Origin: Camelus dromedarius
Taxonomy: Eukaryota
Length of the DNA stretch: 64,000 nucleotides
Assembly (NCBI RefSeq): GCF_036321535.1
Contig: NC_087436.1
Span: 85,376,001 to 85,440,000 of the forward strand
Direction: 5' to 3'
Shown here: positions 38,391 to 50,685 of the stretch, in pieces
Position numbering within the stretch: position 1 is the stretch's first letter
How the letters are laid out: every line of letters starts with the position of its first letter
Position numbers and translations under genes: made by a program
Notes under the pieces: generated by a model
The model's database searches: none
What the model was told of the DNA's origin: nothing
Seen by the model: the letters and a program-made list of their open reading frames with translations, nothing else

Positions 38391-41014
38391 TCTTAAAAAG
38401 TAGAATCAAATCTGAAAAAGAGAAAATTGGGGCTCAGCCCAGTTAAAATGGCCATCGTAGCAGAGCTGAGATTCTAATCTTGGTTCATCTGGCGCCAAAG
38501 CTCCCACTCCTCCACTACATCACCACACTTCCCCTTCAAACAAATATGGGAAACTGGAAGAGGAAAATATCTTTAGAATAAGCCATTTGAAACTAAATAC
38601 AGTATGTTACTCCATAGGAAATTGATTCAAAAAAACACAATGGCAGCCTTTACACGTAAGGTTTTATTTTATCCATATATCTATTTATGTACATACATCT
38701 AATATATTATATATATTATTTTCTAGATAGCCTATTATATTTTGAAGATTCTTCCCCCTTCACAGTTATAGGTAATATATTTAGAAGGATTTCCCCCTTT
38801 TCAGTCATGGGGTTAGTTATTTAGAAGCTTATTATGAAGAAAGACCTATGCTGAAGAATTGAACAGGCATCAGTGAAAAAAATTGCAATCAATCAATGCA
38901 AAATTTTTAAAAAGTAATATGGACCAAACCCTGTATAGTGAACTTCTTCACACAATTTTTTTTACTAAACTATTACAATATGTATGTATGGGAGTAATTA
39001 TATATATAAAAAGAATATCGATGAGATTGTTAGCAAAAGCACGATGACATTTAAGAAGCCTGCCAGTGAGGGTGTAAAGGAAAGTATTATTGTTCACTGG
39101 AGGCAGAAAGTTTAGCAGGAAGATTGAAGGTGTTTTCTCAGAGGATTATTCAGTCAACAATTGAGCTTCTAAGACAGTTGGAGGCCATTGTCCCCTAGCA
39201 GAAGTCCAAGGCAGAGAGAAACACGTACCTCAAAGATATTTGCAGCTGTGGGTTTTGACTAACAGAGTAAATCTCAGGGAGAGTTGTAGGAGAACTACAA
39301 AGTTTATAGAGGACTCTATCAGCAGAAATATTACCAGCTCAGACTGATATCCACTTACTGTTCAAACTTCCTGATTGTTTCACAAGTTTAATTTCTTCCT
39401 ATTTGTGGTTTGTGAAGTCAGAAAGATTGAAATCCTGGCTCTTCAATTGACTAACGGTGTATAAATATCTGTTAAAGATATTTACTTTTTCTGAATCTCA
39501 TAGTATTAAAGAGAAAGTGAGATAATGCAACAAAAACATTTTGTACAGCAGGTTCAGAATACATTTCAGCTTTAAAGATGAATTATTATTGGTTACTTAG
39601 GGCTTCTCTGAGGCCACGATCCTGCTTTGGCACTCCCATGAAACCCACGAGGCAGCAGGAGTGTTGCAGAAGATCAACTCTGTGCTCTCTAAGCAGGAGA
39701 GAGAAGGGCAAGCACTTGGGTTCATATTCTCTTACCCACCTGGGCAAATGAGATGTTAATAAAGACACCTCCAAATTAGAGAGGATGAGTATGGGCTTTC
39801 ATTGCTTTCTAAAAATCCAAAATTTATCATAAGTTTATTAATATCTACATTATGACTATAAATTACAAAGTATCAATGAAAATACTAAAAAATATAAAAG
39901 AGTATGGAGTAATAAATGAAACCTCTTCTGTCTCCCATTCGCATCCTGGTCCGCAGGAGTAATTATTTTTAAGTTTCATGTGTGTCCTTCAATAATTTTT
40001 TTTCTGCCTATGTGTATACAAAGTATCCTGTGATTCTTGAAGAACATTTGTCATCCAGATTTCTCTCACTGAGGAATAATCACTGTTAAATTCTGACGTG
40101 TATGTTTTTAGTCTGTCTCCTGTACACAGGCACACACACACAGACATTTCCAAAGTTTTTGAAACGCAAGCTCATAAAGAATTGTAGAGATGTTTGTAGT
40201 CTGGGGTCTTCATTTTAGACCCTGGAGAATTCTTGTAACTGGATATAAGAGCTAGCTCTACATACTACTCCAGTTCATTGGAATTTGGCTTTTGACTTTA
40301 GCAGCTAGGAAGGACGAAACACGACGTTATGTACTAGCTACATTGCGATCAGCAGTGTTTCTAGATCAGAGAAACTGACTTAGATAATTCATCTTTCTTG
40401 AAACTCAATTTTGGTGTCTTCCTCCCTCCCAACCTCCCCTAAGTGGTTCTTTCATTCAGAATAGCCTTTAACAAAAAACATAACTCAGAAAGAATGGGAG
40501 AGTTGCCTCAATAAACATAAAAAGCTTATCTTCTGTCTGAAGCTATAATTCTTTCTACCAAAATGAATTGTTGTTGCCAAACTGTTGACTTCAGACTCTT
40601 ACTTTTTTGACATTTTCTTCAGCAGTAGATAGGAACATTTCATGCTGTAAATATTGAATTGTAATTGAAAACACTCTATGGGGGATGCTTTAAGATCTTT
40701 TTATGTTATAGGTGTTCTTACTTTTGGAAGACTCACCCTGAATCATGGCAAACACATTAAAATGCACTGCCATCTCACGTTAAATAGATTTTTTTAGGCT
40801 GAAAAATATTTAAAAGTATTTTTAACAATTTTGAGTATGCTAAGAATAATTTTGTTCTTACGAGCTATCCTTTTAAAATTGCTCACATATTTTTGTACTC
40901 TTTATGAAGCTCATTGTGACGGTACTATACAATGCATGAGAGAGTCCTGGAGCTGTAATGTTTTCATTTCAGAGTTTCAGTAGGATCTTTTCTGTTCTTA
41001 TGAACAAGAGTTTA

Positions 41015-41199
41015 ACACAATGTTTCTCTACTCTGGCTGTACATTTGAATCACATTCTAACACACACAAATATCTGTTGGTCAACTTTTCCTCCCAGAGA
41101 TTCTGATTTAATTAATGTAGGCTGGTGCCAGGTACCATATCCTTTTCAAAGCTCCCAGACCTAGGAGATTCTAATGTGCAGTCAGAATTGAGAACCACT
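41015..41199. mobile_element. MER5B/MER5A-like DNA transposon relic
   Basis: CCCAGAGATTCTGATTTAATT...GATTCTAATGTGCAG...TTGAGAACCACT. Confidence 0.7.
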
Positions 41200-42236
41200 A
41201 TTTTAACATTAATAGATAAACTCTCTAATAAATAAAAATAAGTCAATAAAATAATTTAATAAATTACAAAATAAAGCTAAAATAATAAATATTCAATAAA
41301 GCCTATAGTAAAAATCATGAACAGTATATCCAGTTCATTTGCTTCTAAAAAGTCTGAACTTCTGGTGTTTGCATAGATATGTCATAATTACCTTGCTATT
41401 AAAAAGTAAATTAATCATTTGCTGAATGAATAGGGATTGCTCAGAAATCTGCCACTTGTACTCAAGCCTTAGTTAACCTCTTACTTAACTAACCTCTCTG
41501 AGCCTTAGTTTCCACACCTATGAAGTGGAGATAATAGCAGTGCCTCAAGGAACAGACCTCTGGTACTGTAGCGAGTTTCTGGGTACAGAGTGTGGTGTTA
41601 AGCCTCATGGTGTTAAAATCTTCATAAGACTATGTCATAGCCACATGCTAGAAGGGATTCTGCATTGCCAAGTATGGTTATGGAGAATCTTTTCAGTAAT
41701 TCTTCAAGGTGCAGATAATCAAGACCTTTCTTGGTGGCTAATGACTTGTTGACTGAAGACAGGAGACTGGGTTGAATAATCTCTTAAGGGATCCTGTAGT
41801 TCTATGGGTTCCATCTCATGGGAGGGGCAGCTTCAAGGAGTCAGTTGACATGTTGTCTCATGAGAATTATTGTCAGGAGCAAATCCAAATATGATGCTGT
41901 ATTGGTTCCTCATGGTATATGATTATGAGATGAAAGACATTAAATATTTGATATTGGAGATCAGGTCAGGAGGAAGAGTATTGAGACAGGAGGACAGTTT
42001 TGGGTCAACACATGAGATTGATTGATTTTTCAAATATGCTATTCTAGAAGTTCTAGAAGTTGAGCCAAAAGATGGTCAGAACTTCATGATCAGTTTAATA
42101 TAAGAATAAGCTGGAAAAAACAAATATGTTAGGAAAGAAGAACAGGCAAGATTGAGGGATAATTGGAATTGGAAGGCTGAAAGACAAGAAGAAGCTTTTT
42201 AGTGACTGTTTTATCAAGAGGTGTATTTTATTGAGC

Positions 42237-42358
42237 AACCATGCTGGCACCCTGATCTCAGACTTCCAGCCCCCAGCACTGTGGGAAATAAATTTCTGTT
42301 GTTTGTGTGCCACCCAGTCTGTGGTTTCTTGTTATAGCAGCCCAAAGGGACTAAGACA
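42237..42358 (+). mobile_element. MLT1-type LTR 3' end
   Basis: CTGGCACCCTGATCTCAGACTTCCAGCC...AAATAAATTTCTGTTGTTT...TTGTTATAGCAGCCC...ACTAAGACA. Confidence 0.8.
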
Positions 42359-42719
42359 CTATCCCTGGTAATCGGTGTAGGGATGAGCAAATGAGATGCA
42401 AGGAGATGCTTGCTGAAGACCAAGAATCCTCCTCATTATTTCTCAAGAGCTTCTGGCAAAGAATTTTCTTTTTCTGTGGACAGTGTGGTGTGAGGATATA
42501 CGGCCATTTTTTTTTCCTACTATGAGGAGAGCCTGAGGACAGAATTGAGAAAAATCACACAGAAAAATGGCAGGATGACACACTGAGATTCTAGATAAAA
42601 CTACCTGAAACCAGCCCATAATGTACAGCAACATGATCCTATATGTTTAAGCCAGATTGGTTGGTTTTTCTGTTGCTTACAATCTGAAGAATCCTGGCTA
42701 TTGCAGGTGGGAAAAGAGT

Positions 42720-43700
42720 CATTCTGATGGGCAAGGGAGGAGCAGTAAGGATTGAGGAGACTTCTTGGGGCCTGGTTTTGAAGGGAAGCAGATAGGCAGA
42801 TATTGGGGTAAAGTACATTCTAAGCAAAGAAAACATATTGAACACAAGCCTGGAGATAAGAGGGCATAAAGCATTTTTTGGAAGTGGCTAGTAGACTGTG
42901 TATGGCTGGAATATGGAATATATCTACGGTATACTAGAAGATAAGCTGGAAAAACAGGAAGCAGGCAAAGAATGAAGCCTTGAACACCAGGCTTAGGATT
43001 TGAGGCTTTATGCTGTGTGCAAATGCCAACTGTCAAAAGATAAAGGACAGATGAACCGTGTGTTTTAGGAAGATAACTTTGGCAGCAGAATGATGGATGG
43101 ATTGGAAAATTCCAGGACAAAGGCAAAATGGTCATGAATCAGGGCAGTCTGATGAATGAAGATAGGGGATAGATATGAGAGACGTAAAGAATGTAGACAG
43201 TATTGGATTTGGGTGGGGGAAAAGGGCAGGGGAATAACACGGCTGTCAGGTATGGTGTATAAGCATTTTGAAGGACTCTGCACTTAAGAAGGCTGCAGGA
43301 GGCTGTGTAGGAGTGAAGAGCGAAAGAGTTCAGTTGTGTACACTTTGACTTTAAGAGACCAGGGGAACATACACCCAGAGATGTCCAGGGAGGGCTGGAG
43401 TCTGGAGCTAGGGTAGAAATCAGAGCTGGAAAGTGCAACTTTGCATGTTTTCCCCATAAGGAAGATGGTTGAAGGCACAAGGGGGAATGAGATCTCTGAG
43501 AAAGTCATGACGAAGAGAAAAAGGGATGATGCCCAAAAATAATTTGGAGATTTCCTACGTTTAGAGTTGAGCAAAGGAGCTTAAGCCAGTGAAGCGCATT
43601 GGCTGGATGGGTAGGTGTGTACACTGTAACGAGAATCAAGCAAAGACAGATGGGGCGGACCGTGGGATAGATGTGGTGGAGATGCTGGGCAGAGTCAAGA
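42720..43700 (-). mobile_element. Degraded L2 LINE
   Basis: Purine-rich stretch with L2-like phrasing (GAGTTCAGTT...GACTTTAAG...GAGATGTCCAGG...GGAGTCTGGAGCT). Confidence 0.6.
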
Positions 43701-44623
43701 TTAAGAAGAAGCTATTATATTTGAAGACAGAAGATGAGGGATAGCCTCTCTCTTTCCAGAATTTTTATAATGTCTAATATTTTCGATGTGTTGCTTTGTT
43801 ACTAGACTCATTTTCTCCACATATGGAACTTCTATTTATTTGATGTGGTCAGATGCATGAAATAATTCCCTTATGGTCTTTCATCTGCTTATAACCAGCC
43901 TGACCAATTTCTAGATAATTATCAGTTAGATCCGAAGTTGTATTTTTTTAAAATCTTTTAAAAATTTCTCTCTGTGTGAGGTGTTCCTTGGTGAGCTGTT
44001 CCGCTTGGTTTTATTATGTACAGCAAAGCAGTGATGTATTGGAAATGAATGTTCAAAAACATACAGAAAGAGAATTTTTATTTGTGCCTCAAGGGACTAC
44101 TCACCAATGTTTTGGAAACCTTAGGACTAAGTTTATATACAAAGAACATAAAACTTTCCTGCTGTCATTGACTGGCTCTCAATGCTGGTGAAACAACATT
44201 ATGGGGAAACGCGATCTTGATTCTGTAGAACTGTGAACAGCACTGCAAACTAATACCACTAAATTGGAAGTGGATATATTCCTATCTTGAGGGGTGAGTG
44301 AGTTATAACAATTCTCTGGGAAACAAAAGCATTTGTTTTTGCACTACTCAGTTCTTTGAAAACTTGATAATCGTTTAGGAGGGGAGATGGTATTAATTCA
44401 CTGGAAAATGGTTACAATCTGCAAAAGACATAGAAGTGAAATTCAAATCACCCATTTATTGTATGGCACATGCAAATCTTATAAATGCTCTTTTTCTTTT
44501 TCTTGGTTACTCAAAATAAGAAAACAAAATTCCAGTCTTAACTGATTAATACATTAAGAACTTTTTCACTCTGTGTCTATGTTGATGTTGTATAGTTGTA
44601 TTTATTCCAATAAATTGCTTTCT

Positions 44624-44835
44624 TTTTTTCTTAATGACTATGATTTTTTAAATGTAAGGATACGTTTTTCTTTTAAAAAATTTTTTAACACTTTTTTGTT
44701 GTGTGTGTGTGGGGGGGTAGGCAATTATGTTTGTTTGTTTGTTTGTTTGTTTAATGAAGGTACTGGGGAATGAACCCAGGCAGGACTTTATGCATGCTAA
44801 GCATGCACTCTACCACTGAACTATACCCTCCCCTC
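44624..44835 (-). mobile_element. tRNA-derived SINE (camelid vic-1-like) with 18-bp TSD
   Basis: Minus strand GGGGAGGGTATAGTTCAGTGGTAGAGTGCATGCTTAGCATGCATAAAGTCCTG...GGGTTCATTCCCCAGTACC; TSD TCCAATAAATTGCTTTCT at 44606-44623 and 44836-44853. Confidence 0.9.
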
Positions 44836-45984
44836 TCCAATAAATTGCTTTCTGTGAGGATAATTGTGGTGGATATCCAAGAGGCCTGTGGTTCTGAGGG
44901 AAAAAACAGTGAAGAAACAAAGAACAGAAGAAAGGGAAATAATAATTCTAACTTCATCAATGTGTTGAGAGGAGAGGAGGCACAGAGACTGTGCCAGGTG
45001 CTGAGAATACAAAATACATTTGACTTAATTTCTGCTTTTAGGGAGAAACAGTCACATAAGCATAGTCATATTATTATACATGATGTCGTGTAAGTGCTGT
45101 GTGTGTATAGGAGAAGGAAAGTAATTTGCTAGCTCTGTGACTAACAAAATAGTCCATACTAATTTGTCTAGGATAAAGTTTAAATCCAGTATTGTTCTAG
45201 ATGTATTTATTAAGTGTATGACTATTACTTAAATGTGAATTTAAGAATGATTTGTAAGGTACATTTTACATTTCCAGCACATACGATTTGAAACTTATAG
45301 ATCTTTGCAATAGCTCTATTTAATTAGATGTGTTATAAGTATGTAAAGTACAGAGTACATTTTTATTAAATAAGTATCAACATCATGCATTTCACCATTC
45401 TTATTATACCTTAACAACTATCCTTCTAAACTCAACTACCTGCTCTGGTAAGATTTAACCTCTGCCTGTTTCTTCTGGGAGGGTCTCAGTTCAAGAAAGC
45501 AATTGAGTGAAAAACTAAGACATATTACATAGGAAGGACATTTAAGCTGGATAATGAAGGACAGAAAAAAAGTTTTCTAAGAGGCTAAAGGACAAAAAAA
45601 AAAAAAAATCTACGGCAGAAAAAAAAATACCCCCAGTGCCCCCATTGCACATGTGATTATGTGTATAGGAGCAGCTGCTTTTCTGTGAAGGGGTAAAGGT
45701 GAAGCTCCAGTTGGGCTGGGATTCCTGGGGTGGGGTTGAGGGAGAGGGTGATCTAGTTACCTGCCTTGAATTCTGCCCTGATGGTCCATGGCAGAGTGAT
45801 TGTCTTAAGTCACTCTTGGCCTTCCATCCACCTAGGACAATGGAAGCGATCATCAAGGAGAAGCTGAGGAAGCCAGTGGCATCAACTGACTCAGCCTCGT
45901 CCCTTGAAGGAGACCATCCTCAACAAGAAACCGTAAGTGCCTGGAGGGGTCCGTCTCGGATGTCTCTCTCTCTTCTGTTCGGTC

Positions 45985-46170
45985 CTGATTCTACTCCTTC
46001 TAGTTGTGGGACTTTGGAAAAGTTAACTTAAACCTTCAAATCTCATCCCCACTGTCCTGAGATGAAAGTATTGATAGTACCTTCTCCACTGAGTTATTGT
46101 GAACATTAAAATAAGATAATCCAAGGAAAATACCTGGCACATAGTAAGTGCTTCAAAAATCAGTTTATTA
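45985..46170 (+). mobile_element. MIR SINE
   Basis: CTAGTTGTGGGACTTTGGAAAAGTTAACTTAAACC...CCTGGCACATAGTAAGTGCTTCAA. Confidence 0.7.
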
Positions 46171-49100
46171 TTATTATTTTAAAAAGCAAAGAATATCTTG
46201 ACTTTTAACAAATCATTAACTAATGGTGGGAAAGTATACATCGATCGTTTGCAAACACATAAAACAACTTTTTTTTTTGCAAGACTTTTAGGAAGGCAAA
46301 GGAACACTGACGTAAGGATAAACAATTTCTTGTCTTCACCCTTCTTCTTCACTAGGAATCACTAATAGTGCTTGCTGCCCTTATGGGATGTGGTAGGAAT
46401 GAAGCCAGAGATGCAGTGAAGCATTCAGAACAGTGCCTGCTCACAGTGTGTGCTTAGTGGTGTTAGCTCTTTGATTAGTTTCTAACATCCTTCTCTGGAT
46501 TTTCAGTTGATTATTTAAATTCTCTGCATGCTTTCCACATTTTAAAATTGTTACATTTACCCCTTATGAGATATAACAAAAAACTGTGTGGGCAAGTTGG
46601 GGAGAGCACATAGGCGTATGTATTTATAGTAACCGAGATTTTTCCTGTGCAGGTGGCAAGTAATGAAGGTCTGTTTCATGTATTTTACAAAAAGGATGGG
46701 GAGCTTGATTTATATTTATTAGAATATAAGACTTTATGAATGAAACCAAACACTGATAGAAACATCCAAGGCAAGCCTGACTTTGTGGTAACATAGCCTT
46801 TTTCCCTTGGACATACAAATATGTAAGTTAAAAAGCAGGCACACAAAGAGTAAAATATACATGGGTGTGAAAGGAAGGTGGATAATGAGAGATAAAAGGT
46901 ACTCATAATCTCCCAGCGCACGATAGTCATGAGTACAATGGGCTATGAAATCCAGCCAACATCTGGCGAGGTAGTCAGGGCTCTGGTCAGTTAGAGCATA
47001 AACAAATGCTGGAAACAAATTAAGTGAAGCAAACAGGAGAAAGTGTCATGCAAATTCATAATCAACAAGTGACAATATCTGAAAATATAACAGCCACTAG
47101 AAGAGAGAGTTGCTCTGGATTTGTATTTTTTATTTGTAAAAGTTACACTTTCTTGTTCTGACAGAATGTTATAGAAATAGATGAAGTAAAAAGTGCGAGG
47201 TCTCATCCACCTGCCTCTCTGCCTCAGGCTTTTCCCAGAGGTAACATCAAGACACCGACAGTGGATAAGTCAGAGGTGTTTTACAAGATCATGCAATACT
47301 TTGACTGTAGTTAATTAAAACAGATTTTTTTTTAAATCATGGAAAATTTTAAATGTGTAAAAGTAGAGAGAATAGTAAAATGAAACTTTATGGTCATCAT
47401 CTAGCTTCCACAATTATTAATCTTTTGCTAGTCTTCATATTTACTTTTTAAGATATAAAGTCCAAAATACTGGTGGTGATAGACCAAAGCTGGCATTGTG
47501 GAGTGTAATTTGTGCAGTGTGCTTGGTGATAGGAACAATTTATATTCTGTGTGCACAAAGCCTGAAGAAGCAGCTGGAGAAACAGAGCTCTGCGATTAAC
47601 TTAAATATGCCCTGGGTGGAGCTGTTGTGAGGATGCTCATTTCTGCCTACACTGCCTTTTTTCCCACCACTGTAACCCTAGTATCTTGTGTAGTGTCTAG
47701 CACATAGTAGGTGATTAGAAACTGCTGCTGAAGAAATGAGCCTTACTTGCCTTTCAGATCTCAGCAGCACGTGCATTGTCATATAACTAACCTTTGCAGA
47801 TGCTTCCTAATGTGCACTGGGTGCTTACTGTGCGCCAGGCGCTTGTGCTCACCAGGTGTTAGATCATGCTTTATCTGCAGAAACTTGTTTAATTCCTGCC
47901 AAATCCCTATGAAGAAGGTATTATTATCATCTTTTGCATTTCATAGATACGCAACCAATAAGTTAGTCAAGATCACGTGGATAGGAAAAGGTAGACTTGG
48001 GAGGCAAGCCCAGCCAGTGTGGCCACTGTGTACTTAGCACCACTCTTGGCTGCTTCATCCCCCAAATGTGCCTGAATACCACTTATGGGGCACTGAATAC
48101 TCTTGCATACTTTGATAGGCGGTGATCTTACCTGTAGTGCCTGATTAAGTCACACGAATCACTCCTTTGCGGCGGTGCCAGATAATGGGAGGCGGTTGCA
48201 CATGGAATAGACTTAAAAAAAACAACAACAGACTTTGTCATTTTTCATGAACACAAGGCACTTCTAAGTGCTGTGTGGGAGAGAATGTGGTAGACTGATT
48301 TCATTGAGACCCTGCCAAATTCTGGTCTTGTGGCCATCAAAGATGCATCATTTCCTCCAAGACTTCTAAAGGGGGCTATTACCACAGGCCTGCAGGTTCT
48401 GGTTTGCATTCAGAGGAGACACTATCTTCTTAAGTGAGACGTGGAAGAGGAAGTGTCATGAATTGTAAATAACACTGAGAGAGAATTGTTTGGAGATGGA
48501 GATGGAGAAAAATTGCCTTCTCCAAACCAGGTTCCATCTCCCTCCCCCTTATCCAGCTTTGCCAGAGCCCATCCTGTTTTCCTTACTAAGTTTACTTGCA
48601 GGAAAAGAAGAGTTTCTTTAAGTGTACTTCTGCCCCTGACAAATAAATACCTTCTAGATTAAATATTAGTGCATCTATACAGCGCAACACCATGCCACTA
48701 CGAAAAAGTACGAGATGGAGCCCTAAGGGTTGATATAGAATGATCTGCAAGTTATATTTTAAAGTGAAAAAAGTCAGCACTTGAGCAGTATTTATACCAA
48801 GGCTACCCTTTGTGGGAAAAGGAGGGTGATATACCCATACCTGTATGTGCATAGAGCTTGCTTGGGGAAAAAAGAAAAGGTAAAAGTGCTTCCCTCTGCT
48901 GAAGAAAAGACTTTTTATTCAAAACCTTTTCATATAAAAAAATTAAACCATAAATGTTGTATTTCAGAGTTAAAGTCTTTCAATTGCCAACCTGACAAAA
49001 TAGAAGAGTAAATACAGTAATATTTTAAAAATACTGGAAGAAAAGCAACACTTTGCATTAATGGTGTATTTCAGGAGGAGGAGTTCGGACTAGATGTAGA

Positions 49101-50179
49101 AATAAAACATTTCTACGTCTTCATCTCCCTAAAGGATGGTCTTTTAAGTTGTCATTAAGAAGCACCTGGAAAGTAAGAGACTGAGGGATCTGGAAGATCC
49201 CATTTAATGAAGTTGAGGGACATCTGCTGTCACTTCCCAGGTGTAGGGAGAAATGGAGAGGAAAAAAGGGCAAATGTGGTTAGAAGGGAATCCAAGTTTT
49301 CCTCTAAACAGAGCAACGATTCTGTACCTGCGAAGAGAGTTGGAGGTTTGGTCCATAGTGTTGTGGGAGGCCTGGGTATGGGAGCTTTGCTTCATTGCCT
49401 CTCCTGTGAAGCCCGCCGAGTCAGGCTTCTTTCCCCTCGGCCTGAGGGGATCTTGGCTGGGCTCTGAAAAGGCCCAGGAAGCGTCACTTTAGGGAATCCT
49501 GGTCGATAACACCGCGGACAAAAGCCCTTTCCCAAGCAGACCCTCTCATACGCCGCGGGTTTGCCAGAGCCCTGGTACCGCCAGCTCTCCGGAGGTTTGA
49601 GCTAGGGTTTTGGTGAAAGCCGGTTAGGGGCTCAAATTTAAATGCTTTTGGGGCTAGGCAGGTAACTGAAAAACATTTGAAGGCATCAGGTATAAGAGGA
49701 AACAGCGGGAACTTTGGAGAACTGGGCAAGTGCATATGCTAACTAAAGGCATTCAAATTCAAGTTTTTAAACGACCACTGTGCTGGCCAAACAAAACACT
49801 CATACTGGCCGGAGTCACTGCCAGTTTGCGATCCTGCCTTCGTCTCGGCTCAGTATCCGCTTCTCCCTCGTTGCTTCAACCTGCAGCAGATCCTCAGTCT
49901 GTCCCCCAGCCACTTTGGGCGCGCGGGGCGCCGAAGACTGTCCTAAACTTGGGCGCACCTCCTGAGGGCGCAGTGTCCCTCGCGCGCTCCCGCTGTTGCT
50001 CCCCAGTACCTCCGGGTAGGGGGGCAGCAACCGACCGAACCTCTGAGTGGATCAGAACCCCTTACGGGCTACATTTTATTTCCGCCAGCAATGGGGTTGG
50101 TGCCCCGGGGACGTTCTCCCTCGGGCGACTCCGGGCCAGACGCAGTCCAGGGCAAAGCAGGGAGATTAGGAGATATAGT

Positions 50180-50325
50180 GGGTGTGGGAAGCACCGGATC
50201 CAGGCACCGTACCCGGCTGAGGGGCGGAGCCGACTGCGAAGGGAAGCCCCGCCCCAGCCCCGACCAGCATAGCCCCGCCCCCGCGCTCTAGAGTTTCGGC
50301 CCTGGCTCCCACCCTGCACTGAGTC
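50180..50325 (+). promoter_or_regulatory. KDR TATA-less core promoter with Sp/KLF GC boxes
   Basis: GGGGCGGAG 50221-50229, CCCCGCCCC 50247-50255 and 50273-50281, NF-kB-like GGGAAGCCCC 50241-50250, RBPJ-like TGTGGGAA 50183-50190; no TATA box. Confidence 0.8.
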
Positions 50326-50618
50326 CCGGGACCCCGGGAGAGCTGGAGGTGTATGGTTGTGTTTCTTCTGCCCGCGCGGGGCATCCTTTGCGCGCTGCAG
50401 AAGACAGGGAGCTGCTCCTCAGCCAGGCTATCCTCTCCTTTCGGCACCCGCAGACCCCCCCTGCAGCCGCGGCCGGAGCCGGGGCACCCTTGCCCTGCGC
50501 TCCCCGGAGTCCTGCGCTGCGGCGCGGGTTCCACCTCCGCGCCTTTTCCGCGGAGCAAGACCAGGGAGAGAGAACCGGGGCCCGAGTTCTGGGCACAGCG
50601 CTTGGCGCGAGGTGCGGG
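50318..50618 (+). other. KDR: KDR 5' UTR (about 301 nt, GC-rich)
   Basis: Colinear with the recalled human KDR 5' UTR (e.g. GGCACCCGCAGAC, TTCCACCTCCGCGCC, CCCGAGTTCTGGGCA). Exact TSS is inferred. Confidence 0.75.
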
Positions 50619-50685
50619 ATGGAGAGCAAGGCGCTACTGGCCCTCGCTGTGTGGCTCTGCGTGGAGACCCAGGCTGCCTCTGTGG
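50619..50685 (+). CDS. KDR: KDR coding exon 1 (67 nt, signal peptide)
   Basis: gggATGG in strong Kozak context; MESKALLALAVWLCVETQAASV-G; donor G|GTAAG at 50686. Confidence 0.97.

Noticed and set aside
44750..44835. tRNA-like sequence (also 8125-8200)
   Set aside because: SINE heads with A-rich tails and TSDs, not tRNA genes.
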